From Candidatus Kapaibacterium sp. (GTDB lineage Bacteria > Bacteroidota > Ignavibacteria > Kapaibacteriales > UBA2268), in contig OY761611.1 of the NCBI GenBank assembly GCA_963664875.1, positions 2,176,001-2,240,000 on the forward strand: 64,000 bases of DNA. Reading direction: 5' to 3'. Below the pieces are notes generated by a model that saw only the letters and a list, made by a program, of their open reading frames with translations, was not told the DNA's origin and did no database searches. The position numbers were made by a program, and so were the translations under genes. Below, in pieces: positions 9,452 to 18,783 of the stretch. Every line of letters begins with the position of its first letter. Position 1 is the first letter of the stretch.

Positions 9452-10381
9452 ATGACAAAGCCTAAAATAATATTTATGGGAACTCCCGATTTTGCGGTCC
9501 CTACTATGGAAGCTATCCACACAAAATGGGGCATTACGGCTGTTGTAACTGTGCCTGATAAGCCTCAGGGGCGTGGCAGAAAGCTTGTTCCGTCTCCTGT
9601 CAAAGCTAAGGCTCTTGAGCTTGGATTGCCCGTGTTGCAACCTGAGAAGCTGAAAGATCCTGAGTTTGAACAGCAAATTGCAGAATTAGATGCTGATATT
9701 ATCTGCGTTGTGGCTTTTAGAATTTTGCCAAGACAGATTTATACAAAATCGAAAATAGGTACTTTTAATATACATGGTTCGCTTTTGCCAAAATACAGAG
9801 GTGCAGCTCCGATAAATCACGCTATCATCAACGGTGACAAAAAAAGTGGTGTTACCTCTTTCCTTTTGCAGGATATTGTTGACACAGGCGATATGCTTCT
9901 CAGAAGAGAAGTTCAAATACCTGACGGCAGCACTGCTGGCGACTTGCATGATATGCTAATGCCAGAATCTGCTTCGTTAGCTGTTGAAACAATAGACTTG
10001 TTACTCTCCGGCAACTACAAAGCCTTGCAGCAGGACGACACTCAAGCTACTCCTGCTCCGAAAATCTTCAGAGAGGATATTAAAATCAACTGGAACACTG
10101 ACGCACTAACTCTAAGAAATTACATACATGGTATGTCTCCTGTTCCGGGGGCATGGACAATGTGGGGCGATAATAACTTTAAAATACTTAAATGCAGCCT
10201 TGCTGAGGATTTAAACCTTGAGCCGGGCGAGTTCATATGTAAAGACAATTCAATATACGCCCAGGCTGTCGGTGGCTCTTTAAAACTCGAATACTTCCAG
10301 CTACAGGGCAAAAAAGCCTTAGCCTGCGAAGATTTTATGCGTGGGTATAGAGGCGAAGCATCAGGTAAGTTTGAGTTTTAG
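9452..10381 (+). CDS. fmt: Methionyl-tRNA formyltransferase
   Basis: IFMGTPDFAV, PDKPQGRG and NIHGSLLPKYRGAAPI motifs. Confidence 0.97.
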   Translation: MTKPKIIFMGTPDFAVPTMEAIHTKWGITAVVTVPDKPQGRGRKLVPSPVKAKALELGLPVLQPEKLKDPEFEQQIAELDADIICVVAFRILPRQIYTKSKIGTFNIHGSLLPKYRGAAPINHAIINGDKKSGVTSFLLQDIVDTGDMLLRREVQIPDGSTAGDLHDMLMPESASLAVETIDLLLSGNYKALQQDDTQATPAPKIFREDIKINWNTDALTLRNYIHGMSPVPGAWTMWGDNNFKILKCSLAEDLNLEPGEFICKDNSIYAQAVGGSLKLEYFQLQGKKALACEDFMRGYRGEASGKFEF

Positions 10382-10437
10382 GAGTAGAGCAAATTCACTT
10401 TTATTTTTAATGTACGGCTACAAATAATACTTTTTCT

Positions 10438-10468
10438 TTTGCATTGTAAAATATTTTGTATATTTTTG
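10438..10468 (+). promoter_or_regulatory. Bacteroidota-type promoter for tRNA-Thr array
   Basis: TTTG 10438-10441, 19-nt spacer, TATTTTTG 10461-10468, 20 nt before first tRNA. Confidence 0.65.
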
Positions 10469-10488
10469 TAAACCTTTTTTAAGGACGT

Positions 10489-10561
10489 GCCAACGTAGCT
10501 CAGCTGGTAGAGCAGCTGATTTGTAATCAGCCGGTCGGCGGTTCGACTCCGTTCGTTGGCT
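10489..10561 (+). tRNA. tRNA-Thr (UGU) copy 1
   Basis: GCCAACG/CGTTGGC acceptor, anticodon arm GCTGA-TTTGTAA-TCAGC, TTCGACT loop. Confidence 0.96.
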
Positions 10562-10603
10562 CTCTCTTTGAAAATTTATCGCTTTTTTCGATTAAAGCAC
10601 TAA

Positions 10604-10676
10604 GCCAACGTAGCTCAGCTGGTAGAGCAGCTGATTTGTAATCAGCCGGTCGGCGGTTCGACTCCGTTCGTTGGCT
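10604..10676 (+). tRNA. tRNA-Thr (UGU) copy 2
   Basis: Identical to copy 1. Confidence 0.95.
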
Positions 10677-10720
10677 CTCTCTTTTGAGAAATTTATCGCT
10701 TTCTTCGATTTAAGCATCAA

Positions 10721-10793
10721 GCCAACGTAGCTCAGCTGGTAGAGCAGCTGATTTGTAATCAGCCGGTCGGCGGTTCGACTCCGTTCGTTGGCT
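10721..10793 (+). tRNA. tRNA-Thr (UGU) copy 3
   Basis: Identical to copy 1. Confidence 0.95.
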
Positions 10794-10835
10794 CTCTCTT
10801 TGAAAATTTATCGCTTTCTTCGATTAAAGCACTAA

Positions 10836-10908
10836 GCCAACGTAGCTCAGCTGGTAGAGCAGCTGATTTGTAATCAGCCGGTCGGCGGTTCGACTCCGTT
10901 CGTTGGCT
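10836..10908 (+). tRNA. tRNA-Thr (UGU) copy 4
   Basis: Identical to copy 1. Confidence 0.95.
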
Positions 10909-10951
10909 CTCTCTTTGAGAAATTTATTGCTTTCTTCGATTTAAGCATCAA

Positions 10952-11024
10952 GCCAACGTAGCTCAGCTGGTAGAGCAGCTGATTTGTAATCAGCCGGTCG
11001 GCGGTTCGACTCCGTTCGTTGGCT
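10952..11024 (+). tRNA. tRNA-Thr (UGU) copy 5
   Basis: Identical to copy 1. Confidence 0.95.
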
Positions 11025-11033
11025 CACAAATAT

Positions 11034-11071
11034 AAACCGAAATACTAAACTTATAGTGTCTCGGTTTTTTT
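11034..11071 (+). terminator. Terminator of tRNA-Thr array
   Basis: AAACCGAAATACTA...TAGTGTCTCGGTTT stem plus T-tract. Confidence 0.8.
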
Positions 11072-11335
11072 GTATCCTCTCTCTCAAGTCCCATCTTTTA
11101 CTTCCTTTGATATCTAAAGGCTTTACATTTTTGATGCTCGGAAAAGTTAGATAACAAAGACGTCGAGTCTAATATTCAATATTATGAAGCTTAGTTCGTA
11201 TCCAGATTATAAGCTCTCTTACACTTCGCTGATATTGTTGCGTCGTTTAAGAGATTTTTTTTTGAATATTTTAATTGTTTCTCTTTACAATAATAACAAT
11301 TTTGAATATCTTGTAACAAGAGATTACTGCTTTTC

Positions 11336-14300
11336 ATGATATATCTAAGAGATCAGAAAATGGCAATTAGTTCAGATTTTAACAGCGAAATATTCGGGAA
11401 CAAAAACTTATTAGAGTTTCCGGTTGTTGGTATAGGGGCATCTGCAGGCGGATTAGAAGCTATGCAGGAATTTTTCAAAAAAATGCCTTCGAAGCCGGGT
11501 GCTGCTTTTGTGATTGTGCAACACCTTTCTCCTGATTATAAAAGTCTAATGGACGAATTGCTCGCCAGATATACGAATATGAAGATTCATGTAGTGAAAA
11601 ACGGCATGGAGATTATCGAAAACAATGTATATCTGATACCTCCCAAAGCGAATATGACTATACAGGGAGGAAAATTGTATCTCACTGAAATTAGCGAAAA
11701 AAGATCTCTTAATCTTCCTATAGATGTTTTCTTCCGCTCACTTGCTCAGGATCAGGAAAAAAATGCGATTGGTATTATCCTCTCGGGCACTGGTTCTGAC
11801 GGTACTTTAGGTATCCGCTCCATTAAAGAATACGGTGGGATAATAATGGTGCAGGACGACAGAAGTGCTAAATTCGACGGCATGCCTCGAAGCTCAATTT
11901 CAACCGGATTGGTTGATTTTATCCTGCCTCCTGACAAATTAGCTGAAGAACTTATTATATATATCAAACATCCTTTTGTCAAAAGCAAAAATGAAATTGA
12001 AAATTTATTAAATACAGACCAAAATAGCCTTTCCAAAGTAATCGCAATACTCCGAGACCTAAAGGGAGTGGATTTTGGCTTGTACAAACAAAATACAGTT
12101 ATAAGACGGCTTGAGAAAAGAATAAGCATCAATCGGTTCGACAATATTGATGCTTATGTTAATTACCTTGCTGAAAATTCCAAAGAAGCTAATATCCTCT
12201 TTAATGAGCTACTTATTGGCGTTACCCGTTTTTTCAGAGATACAGAGGCTTTCAATAAAATCAAAGATGAGATAGTTCCTGAAATAATAAATAACACCGG
12301 TACAAAGCAGGAAATCAGAATTTGGGTTCCGGGGTGTTCTACCGGGGAGGAAGCATACTCTCTTGCGATGCTTTTCAAGGAGTATATGGATGAAAACTCT
12401 ACCTATAAGGATATTAAAATCTTTGCAACGGATTTGGACTCCATGTCTCTTGAATTTGCAGGCATTGGGCTATATCCTGATAGCATAATTAGTGACGTAG
12501 CTCCCGAAAGGCTTGCAAGATTTTTTACAAAAAGAGAATCCGGTTACCAAGTAAATGAAAATATAAGAAGCATGATTATATTCGCAAGACACAACCTCAT
12601 GCAGGATCCGCCTTTCTCCAAAATTGATTTAATATCATGCAGAAATTTGCTCATTTATTTTAATACAGATGTTCAGCAAAAAGTACTTTCAATGTTTTAT
12701 CTCTCTCTCAATCCAAACGCGTTCATGTTCCTTGGCAATAGCGAATCGCTTGGCAATCTTTCAGACGGTTTTTTAGTCTTAGACTCTAAAAACAAAATTT
12801 ATCGAATGCTGCAGGGATTTAAACCTGAAATAGTATATAACTACGGCACATCTGCCCTATACAAAAGCAGGAGCGAGCTAAAAAACATCAGTGCTTTCCT
12901 TAAAAACGCAAAGCCTAAGCCAAAAATTCTTGAAGGCGTGATTGATGACATTCTTTCTGATTATATTCCGCCTTCTGTGATTATTGATGAAAACTATGAA
13001 GTGATACATACTATTCATAGTGTAAGTAGTTATTTATCTCTGCCTATAGGTCAGGTATCGCTCAATTTAATGAAAATGTTAGAAAAAGAGTTGGCAATTA
13101 TTGTCAATAGCTTGATTAGAAAAAGCAGCTCAACGGACTCCAAAGTTGTAATCGAAATAAACATCGGTGAAGATCGCAAAAACCTCTCCATTTCCTGCAA
13201 ACGCCTAATCAACAGACCAACCGGCGAGATGTTCTATCTGATTTCTTTCTTAGAAATAAGCCTGGCAGACAAACCTACTCAATTGAAAAAAATTGAATCT
13301 ATTGAGCTTAGCTCGCAATATCAGGAAAGAATAGAAGAGTTAGAAAAGGAACTTCAATATAAAAGCGAAAGTCTGCAGGCTACGGTCGAAGAACTTGAGA
13401 CTTCTAATGAAGAGTTGCAATCTTCCAATGAAGAACTAATTGCTTCAAACGAAGAACTACAGAGCACAAACGAAGAGCTACAATCAGTAAATGAAGAGTT
13501 ATATACAGTCAACTCTGAGCATATAAGAAAAATCGAAGAGCTTACAGAGTTGAATGCAGATATGGACAATCTTCTAAAAAATACAAGAGTTGGCAATCTG
13601 TTTTTAGACCGAGAACTTAATATCCGCAAAGTGAACGAAGTTGCCTCAAGAATTACTAACGTGCTCCCTACTGACAGAGGACGCCCTATATACCATCTTT
13701 CGGTTAAACATCTATATGATAAATTCATTGATGATGTTAAGTCAGTAATACAAACACTTCAACCTGTCGAGCGGGAAATACAATCTCAGGATAAGTATGT
13801 TTATCTGATGCGAATAATACCTTACCGAACAGCTGAAAATGCAATAAATGGTATCATAATTACTTTTGTTGACATTACAATGCTTCAGCAATCGAGAGAG
13901 CTTGTAGATTCACTTCGCAATCGTCTGGAAAATGCTTTAGTGATGGGTGAAATGGCATGGTGGGAATGGGACTACCAACAAAATATTGTCATCACAGGGA
14001 AAGGCAAATATGAAATGCTGGGGTACAGCAAAAATGAAATAGGTACTTCATATCAGGATTGGACAAATTTGATTCATCCTGAGGATTTGCCTCTAACAAT
14101 GCACGCTATGAAAGAATATCTTGAAAATAAACGCGAGATATACTTTGTCGAATACAGAATTAAAGCAAAAAGCGGCCAATATGTATGGTATAGAGATAAA
14201 GGCGGTATCGTAGAATTTACGGAAGACGGCAAGCCTAAAAAGTTGATTGGTATCGTGATGAATATTGACAAAGAGAAAGCCATCAATAGTAAGTATGAAG

Positions 14301-14731
14301 ATAAAATTCATTCTGCAAATACCGAATTAGCAAGAACAGATTACAGATATAACTTACTCTTTACATCAATGCACCAAGGGGTTGTATTCCAAGATAAAAC
14401 AGGAAAAATTATTGATATCAATCCTGCGGCAGTATCCATATTAGGTGTAAATCCGGCTTTAGCTAGTCAAATGGATTCCAATTCCGAAGAATGGCAATCT
14501 TTAGACAAAAACAAAAAGCCTTTCCCGGGCGATAAGCACCCTTCGATGGTTGCATTAAGCACAGGGCAAAAAGTAGAAAATATTATCATGGGTGTTTACA
14601 ATCCAAAGCGTCAGTGCTACGTTTGGATTAAGATAAATGCTGTGCCTATCTTTGACGAAGAAGGAAAAGTGAGCCAGGTTTATACTGTTTTTGATGAAAT
14701 CGATTTTAAGGACGACAACAATGCTCAATAG
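11336..14731 (+). CDS. CheB methylesterase-CheR methyltransferase fusion with coiled coil and PAS domains
   Basis: GIGASAGG, VQHL and GTGSDG (CheB); VTRFFRD, GCSTGEEAYS and SCRNLLIY (CheR); EELQSxNEEL heptads; C-terminal PAS (IHPED). Start may be 11360. Confidence 0.93.
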   Translation: MIYLRDQKMAISSDFNSEIFGNKNLLEFPVVGIGASAGGLEAMQEFFKKMPSKPGAAFVIVQHLSPDYKSLMDELLARYTNMKIHVVKNGMEIIENNVYLIPPKANMTIQGGKLYLTEISEKRSLNLPIDVFFRSLAQDQEKNAIGIILSGTGSDGTLGIRSIKEYGGIIMVQDDRSAKFDGMPRSSISTGLVDFILPPDKLAEELIIYIKHPFVKSKNEIENLLNTDQNSLSKVIAILRDLKGVDFGLYKQNTVIRRLEKRISINRFDNIDAYVNYLAENSKEANILFNELLIGVTRFFRDTEAFNKIKDEIVPEIINNTGTKQEIRIWVPGCSTGEEAYSLAMLFKEYMDENSTYKDIKIFATDLDSMSLEFAGIGLYPDSIISDVAPERLARFFTKRESGYQVNENIRSMIIFARHNLMQDPPFSKIDLISCRNLLIYFNTDVQQKVLSMFYLSLNPNAFMFLGNSESLGNLSDGFLVLDSKNKIYRMLQGFKPEIVYNYGTSALYKSRSELKNISAFLKNAKPKPKILEGVIDDILSDYIPPSVIIDENYEVIHTIHSVSSYLSLPIGQVSLNLMKMLEKELAIIVNSLIRKSSSTDSKVVIEINIGEDRKNLSISCKRLINRPTGEMFYLISFLEISLADKPTQLKKIESIELSSQYQERIEELEKELQYKSESLQATVEELETSNEELQSSNEELIASNEELQSTNEELQSVNEELYTVNSEHIRKIEELTELNADMDNLLKNTRVGNLFLDRELNIRKVNEVASRITNVLPTDRGRPIYHLSVKHLYDKFIDDVKSVIQTLQPVEREIQSQDKYVYLMRIIPYRTAENAINGIIITFVDITMLQQSRELVDSLRNRLENALVMGEMAWWEWDYQQNIVITGKGKYEMLGYSKNEIGTSYQDWTNLIHPEDLPLTMHAMKEYLENKREIYFVEYRIKAKSGQYVWYRDKGGIVEFTEDGKPKKLIGIVMNIDKEKAINSKYEDKIHSANTELARTDYRYNLLFTSMHQGVVFQDKTGKIIDINPAAVSILGVNPALASQMDSNSEEWQSLDKNKKPFPGDKHPSMVALSTGQKVENIIMGVYNPKRQCYVWIKINAVPIFDEEGKVSQVYTVFDEIDFKDDNNAQ

Positions 14732-17231
14732 TGATGAATTACGCAGAAAAGCGGAGGAACTTCTTTCCAGGGAGGGAATAATTGATAACTCGCTATTCCA
14801 AAAAGATTTAAAAGAACTTGTGGAAGAGCTCTCCATCTACAAAATTGAGCTTGAACATCAGAACAATGAACTTAAAAGATCTCAGTTAGATTTGAGTAGA
14901 GCAAAAGAAAGATATTTAGATTTATTCCAAAATGCTCCACTTGGCTATGTTGTTCTTGATTCGGATTTCAAAATCAAAGAAATCAACAACACCGCTTGTA
15001 CAATGCTGAAATTGGACTATCCTAAGATAATTGGTAAAGAAATTACTAAATTTATTCATCCGCTCTATCAGGATACTTTTTACTTTTTCTTTCAGGATAT
15101 ACTAAAGCAAGCTGCTGTGTATGACAAAAGTTGTGATTTGGAACTCAGGAAAAGCGATTTCTCTTTCTTTAGTGCAAGGATCCATAGAACAGAAAATCAA
15201 GGCAAAGATACTCCCGAGAATATTCGTCTTTCTATAACTGACATTAGTAACGAAAAGTTTTTAGAATCATCTCTTGTAAAAGAAACAGAGAAAGCTATTA
15301 AAAGTGAACAAATGTTCCGCCTGATTGCACAAAACACCTCGGATGGGATAATTTTGATAAACTCAGGTGGTGAAATAGAATATACGTCTTTAGCCTATCT
15401 TAGCCAAATAGGCTTGAGTGAACAAAAAGAACTTGGAACAAATATCTACAACGCAATTGATTTTGTACACCCGGAGGATAGAGCATTTATTCTTGAAACT
15501 TACAAAAATGCGATAAGCAATAATTTAGATACTATTACTTATGCTTTTAGAATCAAACATAAAGCCGGCTACTACATCTGGCGTGAAAATCATACACGAT
15601 TTTTGTATGACGAGAATGGGAATCACACTAAAACAATTGAAGTCTGCAGAGACATTACTAAACGCAAGGCTGCTGAAAAGTTATTGCAGGAACAAACGAG
15701 TGCTCTTAATCAAATATTTGACAACGCTCCTTATGTCTTACTGTTATTAGACAAAAACCTAAAGGTCGAAAATATAAACAAACAGGGAATACAATTCACT
15801 GGAAAAAAAGTGAACGAAGTATTTGGTAATTTGAGCGGTGCAGTTTTTAATTGTGTAAATTCTATGGCTGGAGGAGGTTGTGGTCTCAATCCTGATTGCA
15901 ATAAATGTCCGATAAGAACATCTGCAGTTTCAACCTTGAGTAACGGGAGCGAAATATTCTCTCAAGAAGCAAGAATGAAGCTAATTTTCGGTGGAGAGGA
16001 AAGGGATATTGATATGATTATCTCCACAAGTCTTCTAAATATTAACGGTGAAGACAAGATCCTGCTTTCCATAGCTGATAATACAGAACGTAAAAAGGCA
16101 GAAAGGGAATTGCACAAAACCGCCAAGTTGGAATCGCTTGGAGTTCTGGCAGGCGGGATTGCACATAATTTTAAAAATATCTTGACGGCAATGAGTTTGT
16201 CTCTCGAAATTATTAAAATCAAACCAAACAGATTAGAAGAGCATCTCCACAAAATTGCAATAAGTATTTCTCAGGCGACTGCTCTTGTAACTAAGTTTCA
16301 GACATATTCTAAAGGTGGCGGTCCTGAATTGCGTCCAACCAATCTGCATGAACTAATAGAAGATTCGGCAGACATGGTACTGTCAGGTTCAAGTTCTACA
16401 GTTGAATTCAATTTCGCTTCTCAAATCGAGAAAGTAATGCTTGATGACAAACAAATGCAGGAAGTATTTGCAAATTTATTAATTAATGCCGATCAGGCTA
16501 TGCCAAGAGGCGGAAAGATAAAAATCAGCACGTGGCTTGATGATATTGACTCAAATAATAAATTCAAACTTTCTCCTGGGAAATATATTCATGTCGATGT
16601 TGTTGATAAAGGCATGGGTATCCCTTCGTCGCATCTGGAAGAAATCTTTACACCATTTTTCACAACTAAAGATAAAGGTCAGGGTTTAGGCTTATCCTCG
16701 GTATTTTATATCATTAGCAAGCATAATGGGCATATTTCCGTTTCTTCAAAAATAGACGAAGGTACGGTTTTCAGTATTTATTTGCCTTATGTGCCGACGA
16801 CTGAGAAACTAATCCAAAAAGACTTACAACCGGAGATAAATCTTCCGGAAGGACATTTGATTTATCTTTTAGATGATGATTTGGAGATAATTGATAATCT
16901 CAATGATTTGGCTGAAAGTCTCGACATCAATCTTGTTACATTTTCAAATCCGAATGATATAATCAATGCTTTTGCTCAGGATAATAATTCCGAAAAAGTG
17001 TCTGTGGTTATTCTCGATTTGACGTTAAAGGGCTTTAGTCTCAATGGATTTGATGTATTGAACGAACTGAAAAAAATCAAATCTGATGTGAAAGCTCTTG
17101 TATTCAGTGGACATTCTACTATGCCAATAGTCGCTCAATATCGCAAATATGGATTTTTTGGCAGAATTGAAAAGCCATTTGACTTACATCAATTTTTGCA
17201 TGCTCTCGAATTATCAATGAATGATGCTTAG
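14721..17231 (+). CDS. Multi-PAS hybrid histidine kinase with C-terminal receiver
   Basis: ELSIYKIELEHQNNEL coil, three PAS, GGIAHNFKN H-box, NLLINA, DKGMGI, PFFTTK and GQGLGL boxes, receiver DDD...D...KPF; ATG 14721 overlaps the upstream stop. Confidence 0.92.
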   Translation: MLNSDELRRKAEELLSREGIIDNSLFQKDLKELVEELSIYKIELEHQNNELKRSQLDLSRAKERYLDLFQNAPLGYVVLDSDFKIKEINNTACTMLKLDYPKIIGKEITKFIHPLYQDTFYFFFQDILKQAAVYDKSCDLELRKSDFSFFSARIHRTENQGKDTPENIRLSITDISNEKFLESSLVKETEKAIKSEQMFRLIAQNTSDGIILINSGGEIEYTSLAYLSQIGLSEQKELGTNIYNAIDFVHPEDRAFILETYKNAISNNLDTITYAFRIKHKAGYYIWRENHTRFLYDENGNHTKTIEVCRDITKRKAAEKLLQEQTSALNQIFDNAPYVLLLLDKNLKVENINKQGIQFTGKKVNEVFGNLSGAVFNCVNSMAGGGCGLNPDCNKCPIRTSAVSTLSNGSEIFSQEARMKLIFGGEERDIDMIISTSLLNINGEDKILLSIADNTERKKAERELHKTAKLESLGVLAGGIAHNFKNILTAMSLSLEIIKIKPNRLEEHLHKIAISISQATALVTKFQTYSKGGGPELRPTNLHELIEDSADMVLSGSSSTVEFNFASQIEKVMLDDKQMQEVFANLLINADQAMPRGGKIKISTWLDDIDSNNKFKLSPGKYIHVDVVDKGMGIPSSHLEEIFTPFFTTKDKGQGLGLSSVFYIISKHNGHISVSSKIDEGTVFSIYLPYVPTTEKLIQKDLQPEINLPEGHLIYLLDDDLEIIDNLNDLAESLDINLVTFSNPNDIINAFAQDNNSEKVSVVILDLTLKGFSLNGFDVLNELKKIKSDVKALVFSGHSTMPIVAQYRKYGFFGRIEKPFDLHQFLHALELSMNDA

Positions 17232-17399
17232 TTATGTTAACTCTCAGGGATGGATTCTTTTCGAGAGTTTTGAGCAAAAAGCAATTGCATGAGATTTAGT
17301 TTAAGATTCAACTTAGTGCTCTATAACAAGAAGCCAAAAATGTCATTAGAAGATTAAACAATGGTAGATTCTTATAAATAAGTGTCTGCTACATTTGAA

Positions 17400-17685
17400 C
17401 ACCCCGTCACGTCTTCGACGTGCCAGAGGCTGTCTCAGAAGTCAAAATGTGCTCTGTATAAATGTAGAATCATTTTTCCACCCCGTCATGCTTCGCATGC
17501 CACCCCTCAAGAGGGGAATTTGTAAACACCTCAAATAAAAGCAGTTATAATACAATGTAGCACTATTGTAGTTGTTGAATTATAAATATCTTAAATTGAT
17601 TACAAGACAGCCTCAATTTTGATTCCCCTTCTTGGGAAGAAGGGGTGCCCGAAGGGCGAGGCGATGCACTGAGCTTGCCGAAGTG
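17400..17685. repeat. Cluster of REP-like palindromes
   Basis: CACCCCGTCA-hairpin-GCCA units at 17400-17425 and 17478-17520, inverted related unit 17622-17663, ACTGAGCTTGCCGAAGT at 17668-17684 (near-copy at 58094-58110). Confidence 0.7.
17426..17614. mobile_element. Putative MITE (non-autonomous, ~189 bp)
   Basis: Terminal inverted repeats GAGGCTGTCT.../...AGACAGCCTC; the same TIR bounds 57954-58201; no ORF. Confidence 0.6.
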
Positions 17686-17844
17686 TAGTTGATGCTTTAT
17701 GATTATAAACTTACCTCAAAATGGTAAGCCAATCTTACTCATTTGACAACCTTTTATTGTTATAACTCAAAATCAAATAAGAATTTAGATTGAATTTGCT
17801 TTTTCTAATTACAAATCTCCGATGAAGCAAGCAATAATTGCATA

Positions 17845-18693
17845 CTATCTTTTCCTGTTATAGAGATACATGGCGGCAGATACTATAATCATTATCGAGC
17901 CACCTATGATGCTATATACATCTGAGACTTCACCCCAGAACATAAAGCCTACTGCTGCAGAAAACAGTATATGGGAATAGTTGTAAATAGTTACTTCCGA
18001 AGCAGGTGCGTATTTATAAGCATAAGTCAAACCAAACTGACCACCTGCAGCAAAAATTCCGGTTGCTAATAGTGCAGCTAATTCTATCCATGTTGGCATC
18101 ACAAAGTTTGCTGCGACTGCAGGAATCATACCAAGTACAGAAATCAGGCTGAAGAAAAAAACAATTGTTGCAGGCTTTTCCCTCGAACCAAGGTATCTGA
18201 CAAGGGTGTAGGCAGCTCCGGCTACTGCTGCTCCTACGAAACCGGCAAGGGCAGGCAGCACTGACAAATCAAATTTCGGTTTAATAATCAGAGTTGCTGC
18301 AGCAAATACCAATATAAGTGCAGGTATTTGCATTTTTGATATTTTTTCCTTGAGAAATATGTATGCAAAAAGCACTACAAAAAAAGGAGACAGTTTATTG
18401 AGCATGGAAGAGTCGGCAAGGTACATATTATCAATCGAATAAAAATACAGCACTACACCGGTGAGACCAAATAAAGACCTTGCAAGTAGAAACTTTCTGT
18501 TCTCAGGCTTGCCGAAAAGCAAATCTCCCGACTTCCTAATAGAAATATAAGCAATTACCAGACTAACCAAGTTCCTAAATAACACTTTCTCAAATATCGG
18601 CAAATCTCCTGCAAATTTGACCATTGCTCCCATAAATGCAAAGGAGAGTGAAGACGCAAGCATTAAAAGAACTGATTTAGTCTTATCCGACAT
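17845..18693 (-). CDS. DMT/EamA family transporter
   Basis: Ten hydrophobic segments in two EamA repeats, FLKEKI and AYKYAPAS motifs; start MSDKTK (18693) preferred. Confidence 0.9.
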   Translation of the reverse strand: MSDKTKSVLLMLASSLSFAFMGAMVKFAGDLPIFEKVLFRNLVSLVIAYISIRKSGDLLFGKPENRKFLLARSLFGLTGVVLYFYSIDNMYLADSSMLNKLSPFFVVLFAYIFLKEKISKMQIPALILVFAAATLIIKPKFDLSVLPALAGFVGAAVAGAAYTLVRYLGSREKPATIVFFFSLISVLGMIPAVAANFVMPTWIELAALLATGIFAAGGQFGLTYAYKYAPASEVTIYNYSHILFSAAVGFMFWGEVSDVYSIIGGSIMIIVSAAMYLYNRKR

Positions 18694-18783
18694 CTGATTC
18701 CTAATAACAATATTGAATAAAATAGTTAGTGCAGAGTATTTTACCGCAAAGAGTCCGTTTTGCAAATACTGATACAATAGCGG

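Noticed and set aside
10489-11024. tRNA-Thr repeats as a CRISPR-like array
   Set aside because: The repeats are full tRNA cloverleaves and the spacers are near-identical, not unique.
11025-17844. CheBR/kinase pair as an island integrated at tRNA-Thr
   Set aside because: No integrase and no direct repeat of the tRNA 3' end seen at the right boundary.
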